Translations under genes and position numbers: made by a program
Shown here: positions 49,301-61,253 of the stretch, piece by piece
Layout of the letters: each line of letters opens with the position of its first letter
How positions within the stretch are numbered: position 1 is the first letter of the stretch
Notes under the pieces: generated by a model
Databases searched by the model: none
Told to the model about the DNA's origin: nothing
The model's input: only the letters and a program-made list of their open reading frames with translations
NCBI RefSeq assembly: GCF_039654945.1
Contig: NW_027361787.1
Coordinates: 3,038,001-3,102,000, forward strand
Source of the DNA: Dendrobates tinctorius
Taxonomy: Eukaryota
Reading direction: 5' to 3'
DNA length: 64,000 nucleotides

Positions 49301-52300
49301 TGTCTTCAGAATTTACCTGAGTGCTGATATAGTCTTTTTGAAGCCTAGCGGCTTCAGGGCCTGTTTTTCCTCCTTCGGTGACTCATCCATAACAGGGAGG
49401 CCAATTAATAGAGCATTGCAGTAATCCAGGCGGGAGTGGATCATTGCTACAGTGAGGGTTTTTGTTGCTTCCATGTTGAGAAAAGGGCGGATTCTAGAGA
49501 TGTTCTTTAGGTGTAAGCGGCAAGAGCGGGCAAGAGATTGTATATGGGATGTGAAGGAGAGATTGGTGTCAAACATAACACCCAGACAGCGTGCCTGATG
49601 CCGGGGTGTTATTGTGGTACCACCCACAGAGAGGGAAATGTCAGATTTAGGGAGGTTAGTAGACGGCGGGAGCAGAAGAAGTTCAGTTTTGGAGAAGTTG
49701 AGTTTCAGATAGAGAGTGGACATGATATTGGAGACTGTGGACAGACAGTCACTGGCGTTCTGTAGTACAGCGGGGGTAAGGTCGGGAGAAGACGTATATA
49801 GTTGTGTGTCATCAGCATAAAGATGTTACTGAAAGCCAAATCTGCTGATGGTCTGTCCAATTGGGGCTGTGTAGAGAGAGAAAAGAAGGGGGCCAAGGAC
49901 TGAGCCCTGAGGTACCCCGACAGCAAGAGGAAGAGGAGATGACGTGGAGCCAGAGAACAAAACACTGAAGGAGCGGTCAGAGAGATAGGAAGAGAACCAG
50001 GAGAGAGCAGTGTCCTTAATGCCTAGTGACTGGAGCCTAGAGAGTAGGAGATGGTGGTCAACAGTATCGAAAGCTGCAGATAGGTCAAGAAGAATGAGTA
50101 GAGAGTGGTCACCGTTACGTTTTGCTGTCAGAAGGTCATTGGTCACTTTGATGAGTGCAGTTTCAGTCGAATGTAGGCGGCGGAAGCCTGTCTGTGAAGG
50201 GGAGTGAGTGGAGAGGTAACGGGTAAGGCGGGAGTAAACTAAGAGTTCCAAAAGTTTAGAGATGAAGGGGAGATTGGAGACTGGTCTGTAGTTGTTGGTG
50301 CAGGATGGGTTGAGAGCGGGTTTCTTTAGTAATGGAGTAACAATGGCGTGTTTGAAGGAGGATGGGAAAATGCCCGAGGAGAGGGAGAGATTAAAGATTG
50401 TAGTTAGGTGGGTTGTGACGACTGGAGAGAGAGACTGGAGGAGATGTGAGGGAATGGAGTCAGTAGTGCATGTAGTCGGACGAGAAGAAGAGAGGAGTCT
50501 GGAGACTTCTTCTTCTGTGATGGGATCAAATGTGGAAAGTGAGCCAGGGGAGATGCAGGAAGGGATGGGAGTCACAGCACTTGGTGGTTGAGAGATTTCC
50601 TTACGGATATTATCTATTTTTTCTGTCAAGTGGGAGGCCAGGGCATCAGCACAAATGTCTGTGATAGGGGCTTGTGCTTTTGGCCTGAGGAGGGAGTGAA
50701 AAGTGTCAAAAAGTTTCTTGGGGTTGTTGGCTAGTGAGGAGATCAGGGTGGTGAAGTAGGTCTGTTTGGCGAGGTGAAGGGCAGCATTATAGGTTCTTAC
50801 ATAAATTTGAAGTGGATGAAGTCTTCAGGTGTGCGGGTTTTTCTCCATAGGCATTCAGCACTCCTAGAGCATTGCTGGAGAAGTTGAGTTTGCGATGTGA
50901 GCCAGGGCTGTTTTACTCTGTGCTGGGAGGTTCTGAGGGTGAGGGCAGCTACTTGGTCAAGGGTGCTTCTAAGAGTGTCATTGTAGTGATGAACAGCCAG
51001 ATTAGGACAGGATAAAGAGGAGATTGGGGACAGTGATGAGTGTAGGGAATCTGAAAGTGTCTGAGGGTTAATGGCTTGTAGATTTCTGACTGTGTGGTAG
51101 GTAGGAGTAAGCTGGGGTGGGCGAGGATTTGTGAGCGTGAAGGAGAGAATGTTGTGGTCAGAGAGTGGAAGCGGTGAGTTATTTAGGTGGGAGATTGAAC
51201 AGAGCTGACCGAAGACCAGATCCAGGGTGTTACCGTCCTTGTGTGTCTCAGAGGTTGAAAGCTGCGAGAGGCCTAGAGAGGTGGTTAGTGATAGAAGCTG
51301 GGATGCAGATGTGGAGGTAGGGCTGTTAATGGGGATGTTGAAATTTCCCAGGATGAGGGTTGGAAGTTCTGAGGACATGAAGTGTATAGCACAGCACCCC
51401 CCATGGTATACAGTCCCCTATGGTATACAGCATAGCACCCCGCCATGGTATACAGCACGGCACCCCCCATGGTATACAGCACAGCACCCCCCATGGTATA
51501 CAGCACAGCACCCCGCCTTGGTATACAGCACCCCCATGGTATACAGCACCCCCATGGTGTACAGTACAGCACCCCCCATGGTATACAGCACGGCATGGTA
51601 TACAGCACGGCACCCCCCATGGTATACAGCACGGCACCCCCCATGGTATACAGCACTGCATGGTATACAGCCCTGCATGGTATACAGCACAGCACCCCCC
51701 ATGGTATACAGCACCATGGTATACAGCCCCCCCGAGAATGGCCCCACAGTCCTGGCTGTACTGTTGCATAAACTAAAAGAAAAACTCTCCTCACCTTCTA
51801 ATCGTGCTTCCGCTGCTCCCAGCTCCTGTCTCCTGCTCTGCCTGATAAACAGTTAGTGCGCATGTGTCAGAGGCAGACAGGGGAATGATGGGAGAGGGAG
51901 CGTCGGCTGACGCTCTCCTCCATCATTGCTTTGAACTGTACCGGCATCATAGACGCTGGTACAGTTCAATGCGGCGGGGGGGTCGGTGCTGACATGGTGC
52001 CTCTCTGACCCCCCTCCCGCCCAGCCTGCCCCGCCGCTGGGGCCCAATGCGGGCCTCCTCTGCTCATTGGGCTCCATACGCCAGTCAGGGCATTAATGCC
52101 CTGACTGGGGGCCCAGACCCCTAAGCGCTCCGGCCCCTGTCGCAGCTGCGACCCCTGTGACCGCGGGGGTCATTTTTTTATTTATTACTACTTTTGTCAG
52201 ATTCAAGATATTTCTGTCACCATTGTGGGTTTTTCTATCATCAAACGAGGGGTACCAGCAATTTAGACCACAGGAGGAGTGAATATTTTGATTCCACAGC

Positions 52301-54014
52301 CACTTTCCGGAAATTAACACGCAGTGGATGTTGGAGAGTGAAAATTACACATTTGCCATTTTGATACCCAGCACATAATGCCCAGATTGTGCTCCAGGAG
52401 ACACACACCAAAAATTAAGTGGATTCTTCTCACTATAATATTGCTAAATACAGGGATCCTAAATGTTGTTTGCGCACACTGCAAGACTCCGGAGTGAGAG
52501 CGGATTTTGCTGGATTGGTTTATAGAAACTCTTGCTTTTCAACAGCCTTTGAGCCACTAATAGTGTGGGAACCTCTGTTTTTCCAATGACAGATGATGGA
52601 CCTGAGTGGGGACTTGTTTTTGTGAGATGAGAATTGGTATTATTTTTGCTTACATAACATTGATTGGTTTCTTTCTATTTGATATTTGGGAGGCAGAATG
52701 AACGGACAGTTGAACACCGCACACTACTGGTTCATCCAACAAGGTTTTCTATTAGACTGTGAATTGTCATTGTCTTGGTAAATAATTAAAGTTTTTTACA
52801 TAGCTTGCCATTTTTATGGACAGTTTAAGTAGAAATGTTCAAGAATATAAAACTCAAGGATATTTTATTAAAAAAATTGTTTTTTTATCTTAGCAGATGA
52901 CTGTACCAGGAGATCAGAGGGACAGCTGACATCTTCAACTATTAAATCTGATGATCTTGAGATCCTACAAGATACAACTGAAGTGATTACCATTACTCCA
53001 GATATATCATCATCCATTCACAGCAAAGATCTGTCATCTGATCCTATGAAACAGGTCCCATCTTCTGATTCATTACCGACTACTAAGGAAAATCAAAGTC
53101 ACAAAAGAGACATTAAAAAGCAAACTGCTCCTAAAGCAAAGAAGTCATTTTCATGTTCAGAATGTGGGAAATGTTTTAACAACAAATCACATTTTGTTAC
53201 ACACCGGAGAACTCACACAGGGGAGAAGCCTTTTTCATGTTCAGAATGTGGGAAATGTTTTAACAACAAATCACATTTTGTTACACACCGGAGAACTCAC
53301 ACAGGGGAGAAGCCTTTTTCATGTTCAGAATGTGGGAAATGTTTTAACCAGAAAGGGAATCTTGATAAACACCATAGAACTCACACAGGGGAGAAGCCTT
53401 TTTCATGTTCAGAATGTGGGAAATGTTTTACACGTAAATCACTGCTTGTTACTCACCATAGAACTCACACAGGGGAGAAGCCTTTTTCATGTTCAGAATG
53501 TGGGAAATGTTTTGCACATAAATCACTGCTTGTTACTCACCATAGAACTCACACAGGGGAGAAGCCTTTTTCATGTTCAGAATGTGGGAAATGTTTTGCA
53601 CATAAATCACTGCTTGTTACTCACCATAGAACTCACACAGGGGAGAAGCCTTTTTCATGTTCAGAATGTGGGAAACGTTTTAACAACAAATCACATTGTG
53701 TTGCACACCAAAGAATACACACAGGAGAGAAGCCTTTTTCATGTTCAGAATGTGGGATATGTTTTAACCTGAAAAGAAATCTTGTTAAGCACCAAAGAAC
53801 TCACACTGGAGAGAAGCAATATTCATGTTCAGAATGTGGGAAATCTTTTGCAGATAAATCACTGCTTGTTACTCACCATAGAAGTCACACAGGGGAGAAG
53901 CCTTTTTCATGTTCAGAATGTGGGAAATGTTTTAATCTTAACTCAAATTTGGTTAGGCACCAGAGAACTCACACAAGGGAGAAGCCTTTTTCCTGTTCAG
54001 AATGTGGGAAATGA
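31352..54014 (+). CDS. KRAB-C2H2 zinc finger protein (XlCOF/XlCGF-like), about 562 aa, 6 coding exons: 31352-31429, 31559-31738, 31821-31944, 32028-32125, 32324-32414, 52897-54014
   Basis: Exon lengths 78/180/124/98/91/1118 give one open frame through GT-AG introns; [21 protein letters not shown]; phase-1 join to a tagcag acceptor at 52896. Confidence 0.88.
35315..36881 (+). mobile_element. Probable solo LTR (about 1.57 kb) inserted in the DIRS
   Basis: tgtaatg...atcaca termini, tataa at about 35924, aataaa at about 36178; DIRS sequence resumes on both sides; TSD unclear (cac). Confidence 0.65.
38576..39502 (+). pseudogene. DIRS tyrosine recombinase with an internal stop
   Basis: [50 protein letters not shown]; TGA at 39251-39253. 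Confidence 0.9.
40251..40940. mobile_element. Tc2-like MITE fragment with a 24-bp GC-rich minisatellite
   Basis: ctgtatttttcggactataagatgcacc terminus; (ggcagcgctctgtgctggggcggc)n at 40440-40620. Confidence 0.55.
41887..42720 (-). mobile_element. Solo LTR with an internal 34-bp tandem repeat
   Basis: tgttag...gtaacca flanked by the direct repeat (a)tcac inside the minisatellite; (gcaggactggagtaggacggcaggaacactggag)n at 42080-42300. Confidence 0.65.
42932..44110 (+). mobile_element. Deleted Gypsy copy: LTR-like sequence fused to an RT fragment
   Basis: LTR related to 44705-45133; RT segment (DEWKTAF, YLDDILI) nearly identical to 46890-47477. Confidence 0.85.
44111..51378 (-). mobile_element. 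L2-clade LINE, 5'-truncated, split by a Gypsy
   Basis: APE C-terminus ([12 protein letters not shown]), RT ([30 protein letters not shown]), [11 protein letters not shown] and LHWLPI; the two halves rejoin across the gggagg TSD. Confidence 0.9.
44705..49394 (+). mobile_element. Chromodomain-bearing Ty3/Gypsy (Tf1/sushi group) LTR retrotransposon
   Basis: LTRs 44705-45133 and 48953-49394, direct repeat gggagg, PPT 48941-48952; gag with CCHC, protease FVDSGA, RT YLDD, RNase H, deleted IN core, chromodomain [10 protein letters not shown]...YLVKWKGY. Confidence 0.95.
52897..54014 (+). CDS. Zinc-finger exon: 10 complete C2H2 fingers with TGEKPF linkers; the 11th is cut by TGA
   Basis: ORF 52983-54014 with repeated CSECGKCF...H...H units at an 84-bp period. 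Confidence 0.96.
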
Positions 54015-54675
54015 TTTGACCGGAAAGAGCATCTTGTTAGACATCACAGCAGTCACACAGAGGAAAAGCTTTTTTCATTTTCTTAATGTGGGAAATATTT
54101 TACTTGAAAATCAACTGTTAATAAACATCAGAGACATCACATAGGGGAGAAGCCTTTTTTATGTTCATAATGTTGGATCTTCTTAAAGGGGTTGTCTCTT
54201 GTCATTCCTCATGTTTACTGATGAAAGGAAAAAATAAACTTTATTAATTCCAAATGTAAAACTATACCCATAATTCACTCCCTGAAGGTTAGTCAGTAGG
54301 TGACTAATAGGTTGAGGGTATATAGGATGAGGTGACATATACACACTCACTCTCCAAGCCTCTCATTTCTACGGGTTTCATCATCCTCACCAAAGACGAC
54401 TCATCAGGAGACAATTTAATATTGACCTATATTCAAGTGAGACTAGACAAAAAAAACTAAAATCATGTTATCCGAAACAGTCAGAAAACTAGCCACATAT
54501 TGGCAGACCCCAGACCTCAAGCTATATACTTTGTAAGTTTATAAGCCACTCCAGTGTCAGGAATAGATAGTATGTGAAAATACAGTATAATTCTTGTGTT
54601 TTTATCCTATAGGGACCGACCTAGTTTGGTATTGTAACTGCTGTTAATTAGTGGTGCAAACAAATTGTCCTAGAC

Positions 54676-55350
54676 CAGTGATGGCGTACCTATGGCATGC
54701 AGAGCCCTCTCTGCTGGCACGTGGTATCACCTCATCTACAAGTGTCCTCGCTCCAGATCTGTAGCTTCCTGCCTCACATGGCAGTCAGCAGCGCTGCTGG
54801 ATAACATCATCATTCAGCTCCGCAGCCGCTGTGCCAGTGAGAGGAAGCTTCCGGCGAGTTCGCGGAGAGGTGAGAGGTGTGTGTGTGTAATGATGTGAGT
54901 GATGGAGAAGGAAATGATGGGGAGAAGGCAATGATGGGAGTGATGGAGAAGGCAATGATGGGAGTGATGGGGGTGATAGCAATGATGGAAGTGATGGAGA
55001 AAGCAATAATGTGAGTGATGGAGAAGGCAATGATGGGGGAGAGGGCAAAGATGGGGTGGTAGTGAAGAGGGCAAGGATGGGAGTTATGGAGAAGGCAATG
55101 ATGCGGGTGATGGGGGAGAAGGCAATGATGGGGAGAGGGCAATGATGTGAGTGATGGAGAGGGCAATGATTGGGTGGTGAGGAGGAAATGATGGAGGTGG
55201 AATGGGCAATTTCTACATGAAGGAGATCATGATGGGGCAATTTCTACATGAAGGGGATCAGGATGGGGCACATTATTAAAAGAATGGGGCATATTACTCA
55301 AAGAAGGGGACAATGATGGGGCATATTACTACAAGAAGGGGACAATGAAG
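54676..55350. mobile_element. hAT-like non-autonomous element with a GA-rich minisatellite
   Basis: cagtgatggcgtacctatggca terminus; (gatggagaaggcaatgatgggagt)n at 54890-55200. Confidence 0.5.
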
Positions 55351-55751
55351 GGGAATATTTCAGGGTAGAATCTGCTTGTTATTGTTAGGTTCTTTAGAAG
55401 GACGTAGATCTGGGGATTTATTCTGACAGAATTTTATAGGCTGAACTGGATGGACTAATGTTTTTTTTTTGGCGTTACTAACTATGTTACTAAGTTATTC
55501 CATGCTAATATCTATCTAATCTGCATTTTTGTCCCTAAAGATCAATCCAGCCGCTGTGTCTGGAAAGGGCAGTGTGAGTGGCTCAGTGTCAGTGAGCGAC
55601 AAGCACGCATGAGCTTGAAGCCCCCCTGCTGAACAGAAGAGAAGACTGCAAAGGTAAGTTTCAAATCAATGAATTGTTTACATAATAGAATTGATCATCA
55701 AGGTTTAGGGATGGCAAGCGCTGTACAGGGAAGAGAGTTTGCAGCTTTTCC

Positions 55752-57074
55752 TTCTATACCAGGAAAGATCTTTGAACAAATTATTAAACAACATGTATGT
55801 CAATACCTGGATAAGAATGAAGTGATTAAACAGAGTCAGCATGGGTTTGTAACTAATAAGTCATGTCAGACTAACTTAATTTCCTTCTATGACGGAATCA
55901 CTGATTGGGTGGATCAAGGAAATGCTGTAGATATAGTATATCTTGACTTCAGCAAAGCATTTGACAAAGTCTCTCATACAATCCTTATTGAAAAAATGAC
56001 TAAGTATGGAATGGACAAGGCAACTGTTAGGTGGATTCATAACTGGCTTAGTGATCGGACCCAAAGAGTGGTCATAAATGGCTCCACATCCGGTTGGAAG
56101 AATGTCTCAAGTGGGGTACCACAGGGCTCTGTCCTGGGCCCTGTATTGTTCAACATCTTTATCAACGATTTAGATGAAGGAATTGAGGGTAAACTGATTA
56201 AATTTGCTGATGACACAAAGCTAGGAGGGATAGCTAATACTAGAGAAGAGAGAGAGAGGATTCAAAAAGATATAAATAAACTGGAGAAGTGGGCAGCAAT
56301 TAACAGAATGGTTTTTAACAGGGAGAAATGCAAAGTACTTCATCTGGGCAATAAAAATGAAAAAAGCATATACAGAATGGGAGGAATAGGGCTAAGTGAC
56401 AGCACATGTGAAAAAGACTTGGGTATACTAATAGATCACAGACTGAATATGAGTCAACAGTGTGATGCAGCAGCAAAAAAGGCAAATGCAATTCTAGGAT
56501 GTATTAACAGAAGCATACAGTCTAGATCACGTGAAGTCATTATTGCCCTCTACTCCTCTTTGGTCAGACCTCATCTGGAATATTGTGTCCAGTTTTGGGC
56601 ACCACATTTTAAAAAAGACATCAACAAACTGGAGCAAGTTCAGAAAAGAGCGACTGGAATGGTGACCGGTCTGCAAACCCTGTCTTATGAGGAAAGGTTG
56701 CAGGATTTGGGAATGTTTAGTTTGCAAAAGAGAAGACTGAGAGGAGACTTAATAGCTGTCTACAAATATCTAAAGGGCTGTCACATTGTACAAGGATCAA
56801 CTTTATTCTCATTTGCACAAGGCAAGACTAGAAGCAATGGGATGAAACTGAATGGGAGGAGACACAGATTAGATATTAGAAAAAACTTTTTGACAGAGTG
56901 ATCAATGAGTGGAACAGGCTGCCACGAGAAGTGGTGAGTTCTCCTTCAATGGAAGTCTTCAAACAGAGGCTGGACAGACATCTGACTGGGATGATTTAGC
57001 AAATCCTGCTTTGAGCAGGGGGTTGGACCAGATGGCCCAGGAGGTCCCTTCCAACTCTACGATTCTATGATTCT
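55752..57074 (+). mobile_element. CR1 LINE, 5'-truncated
   Basis: QHGF...[40 protein letters not shown]; 3' tail ctctacgattctatgattct. Confidence 0.95.
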
Positions 57075-58315
57075 TATCAGAGAAAATGAACTTCTGTATC
57101 GGGTTACCAATGCTGATTCCCTAGATAAGCCCTGGACTTATAGCAAACAGCTGATTGTTCCTCAGAAATACAGAATTCCCCTATTACACCTTGTTCATGA
57201 CATTCCTACTGCTGGCCATCAAGGCAAAACACGCACTGAGAGACGATTGACTCAATCTTTCTATTGGCCTGGGATTTCCCAAGCCGTAGCGCATTTCTGC
57301 CGAACTTGCGACATTTGTCAGAGTAGAGGGCGACCCGGAGATCACCCAAAGGCACCCCTGCAACCGCTCCCTATAATAGAAGAACCCTTTCAAAGAGTAG
57401 CTGTCGATATCATTGGACCTCTGGCTAAACCAAGTAAATCTGGAAAGCAGTACATTCTCACTGTTGTGGACTATGCCACCCGATATCCAGAAGCTGTGGC
57501 CTTGTCAAGTATTTCTGCAGCCAAGGTGGCCGAGGCCCTGGTTACCATTTTCACCAGAGTAGGATTCCCCAGTGAGATCTTGTCAGACCAAGGATCCCAG
57601 TTCATGTCAGAGCTGGTCCAGTGTCTGTGGCGCACCTGTGGAGTACGAGCGATCCGAACGACCCCGTATCATCCCCAAACAAATGGACTTTGTGAACGAT
57701 TCAATGGCACTCTGAAGAATATGCTGAGGGCCTTCAATGACAGAGATTCAGACTGGGAGAAGTACCTACCCCATCTCTTGTTTACCTATCGGGAAGTTCC
57801 CCAGGAGTCCACCGGGTTTTCCCCCTTTGAACTACTCTATGGAAGAAAGTTCCGAGGACCCTTAACCCTGCTAAAAGAATATTGGGAGGGACAAGTTGAA
57901 GATACAGGAACCCCTGTTGTCCCTTATGTCCTAAAGCTGCGAGAAACCCTGGCTCAACTCACTAGTTTAGCCCAGAGTCATGTGCGTATGGCTCAAACCA
58001 GACAGAAGACATGGTATGACCGTAAAGCACGCTATCGGGAGTTTGTAGACGGACAACAGGTCTTAATGATTGTTCCCCATCGGCAGAATAAACTGCAGAC
58101 AACATGGGAGGGTCCCTTCCGGGTTCACAGAAAACTAAATGATACCAATTATCTTCTTGCTTAGATGATCAGGGGCTAAGACAAAAGACTGTCCATGTGA
58201 ATATGATTAAGGAGTACATGACCGGAACTTTCCAATGATAGCAAGCTGTCGGCTAGCTTCAGAAGACGGTCAAGAGGATGAGGACTCCCTACCTGATCTC
58301 GTGGAAGCAGAAAAA
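57075..58315 (+). pseudogene. Gypsy integrase fragment
   Basis: HHCC (H...GH...CDIC), VAVDIIGP, SDQGSQF, YHPQTNGLCERFNGTLK, WEGPF; no LTRs visible. Confidence 0.9.
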
Positions 58316-61250
58316 AGCCAGTAGAAAAAAATATATAAAGTGCTCTCAGTGAGAGAAACAAAATTCCTATTTCAAAATTCCTATAACAAGATTCCTATTT
58401 TGTTTCTCTCACTGAGAGCACTTTATATATTTTTTTCTACTGGCTAACACGGTACCAAACCACTTTTTTCGTTTTACTAAATGGAGGATACCAGAATGTA
58501 CCGTAAATCTATGGAACTGAAAGATCGTCTGAAGAAACTGGCACAACTGGATAGCGACATCTTCTTTTTAACAAGATGCAAGAAGGAGCACTTAATACCC
58601 AAAGGACTAAGCTTAAAGAATCCCATTCGGAATACCTACAATACTCATTACTCACAACACCTCTGCTATAGGACTTCGGAGAGACTACGGAACCACCTTA
58701 TTCATGTTTTCTACAGCACCAAGAAAACGGTCCAAATGGAAATACAAACTTTAAGGAGTACAATTGCTGGTGACATACAGCAGAAAATGCAGCTTTTCTA
58801 TACAACACTGCAGTCGTACCTAATATACAGCAAGAAAAAGAAACTCCACAGACTTCGACTGAAAGCAGGATTACATTCCAGCACCAGTCAAGACCCTCCT
58901 AAACACTACAGCATGGGGCAAAACCACCAGAAGGACACAGGTACAGTCAGCTGTGTTATTAATCTGTCATCTTACAAACCCACTAATCTAGAACTTAATG
59001 TACTTTCCAGAGGTCTCACATTCTGTCCTACAAAACCTCTAGACAAAACAGAACTTTGTAGTGACATGGAACAATACTTCAGGAGACTTAGACTGAAGGA
59101 GTTCTTCTCTGTCAAAGAGGACTTGGGGCTTCTGGGCAGCCAAACTCAAGTCAGACTAGAGAATAAGAAAAACTCTGACTGGACACCTCCCTCTGGCCGC
59201 AACACCATTTTGGACCAATATATTGACTCATTTAGAAATTCGATGCAGTCCACGATATTGGATAAAAAAGCAAAGGAAACATCTAATATAAGTTTGCAGG
59301 AGAAAAAGGCGATTCACGGCCTTAAGAACAACAGGGAGATCACTATTAAGCCTGCGGATAAAGATGGTGCCATAGTTCTCCTTAATACAACCGACTACAT
59401 CAAAGAGGCTCACAGACAACTGATGGATATACAGTACTACACCAAACTGGATGATGACCCAACTCCAAAATATCTGAGGGAGTTGAAAAGAGTCATCAAA
59501 GGTCTATGTACAGACCCCATAAACCTTCTGGACTTAATACCCGAGAATCCAAGGATGTGAACTTTCTATATGCTTCCCAAGATTCATAAGCCAGGCAACC
59601 CAGGGAGGCCAATCATCTCAGGGGTGGGAACACTAACTGAAAAATTCTCAGGGTGGATTGAAAACATCCTCAAGCCGCTGGTAAGGAAGACAGCCAGCTA
59701 TATACAGGACACTACAGACCTGCTTAATAAGCTATCCATGATAGGTCCCCTCCCCAACAGCACCATCTTAGCCACCATGGACGTCGAATCCTTATATTCC
59801 AACATCCCACACGAAGATGGACTAGCGGCCTGCCGAATGTTTCTTGAGGCCAATGGGATCCCCTCCAAGTCTGTAATAGCACTTACCAGATTCATCCTCA
59901 CACACAACGTTTTCTCTTTCGGTGAGGAGCTATACCTACAACGCACCGGCACCACTATGGGAAGTAAAATGGCACCCCAGTACGCTAATCTCTTCATGGC
60001 TAAACTGGAAAATGACTTTTTAGCATCCTGCTCCATCAAACCCTTTGCCTATTTCCATTACATTGATGACATATTAATAATCTGAACTGAGCCTGAACAA
60101 GAACTTCTAAATTTCCATGACAAATTCAACAAATTTCATCCAACCATAAACTTGACTTTAGACCATTCAAAAACAAAAATCAACTTCCTAGACACCACCA
60201 TAAAAATCCAAAATGGTTCATTCCAAACATCAGTATATCGGAAACCAATTGACCGTCCCACATACCTCAAATGGGACAGCTTCCATCCTAAACACATTAA
60301 GAAATCCATTGTCTACAGCCAGGCCCTCAGATATAACCATATCTGTGCCAGTCCCAAGGACAGGGATGAACACCTAACCCAGCTTAAAATGTCATTTTTA
60401 AATCAAGGTTACCATCCCACCTCCATTGATGGTCAGATCGTTAGGGCCACAAGGATCCCTAGAAGTCAAGTACTTCAATACAGAAAAAAAGAGGAAAATT
60501 GTGTACCTCTGGTAGTGACCTACAACCCACAGCTTGAAATACTCAGAAAAATGGCTAAGAAACTTCACCATATCCTACACAAGGATGACCGGTTAAAAAC
60601 ACTATTCAAAGACCCCCCCTTGCTATGTTACAGACAACCTCCCAATCTAAGAAACATCATTATCCGAAGTTCAGTGCCCTCAGATTCACCAAGAGGAACA
60701 TATCCTTGCAATGGGCGAAGATACAAATCCTGCATTCATATAGAGACCAAAGACAAAATCCAAATTCCCAACACAGCAGGACTATAAGATCCCAGGGACA
60801 GTCACATGTTCCTCTTCCAATGTGGTGTATTTAATTCTATGCAATATATGTCCTGTGGGTGGCCTCTATGTTGGAGAAACAGGACAGAGACTGAGAGCAA
60901 GGATGAGGTCTCATCGTCATACAATTACAGACAAAAAAACCCATTTACCTGTGGCTAAACATTTCTGTGGTCCAGGACACAACATAGGCAATATGAAAGT
61001 TGTCATTTTAAAAGGCAATTTTAAATCACAGACGTATCGGAGAGTGTGGGAGCATAAATTCATTACTATCTTTGATTCTATTCACACAGGACTCAATTTG
61101 TCAGAAGGTTTTATGACCCATTACCATATCTGAGCTATCTCCTCCAAGTAGCGCTTTGATCTTCAGAACTTTTCATACTACCTATCTGATCTTACCTAAT
61201 TAAGGATTCTCTCTCCAAGCTCATTGTTTGTTTATTGAAATGTTGTGCTT
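58316..61250 (+). mobile_element. Penelope-like element: RT and GIY-YIG endonuclease
   Basis: Near full-length ORF 58481-61133 with two stops and one frameshift; LPKIHK...GRPIIS, DVESLYSNIPH, YIDD, VVYLILC...YVGETG; 49-bp inverted 5' arm. Confidence 0.93.
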
Positions 61251-61253
61251 TAA

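Larger units (their letters stand above)
41553..52170. mobile_element. Non-autonomous DNA element (hAT-like) with a cagcacccccatggtata minisatellite, fragmented by nested insertions
   Basis: The same minisatellite occurs at about 41780-41886, 42721-42931 and 51383-51730, on both sides of the nested elements; termini are degenerate. Confidence 0.5.

Noticed and set aside
53164-54144. Alternative-frame ORFs (HVQNVGNVL repeats)
   Set aside because: Frame shadow of the C2H2 repeat array.
55669-58164. Apparent RT plus integrase pair as a single novel element
   Set aside because: The RT is a 5'-truncated CR1 ending in its own tail; the integrase ORF start (57067) comes from that tail abutting an unrelated Gypsy fragment.
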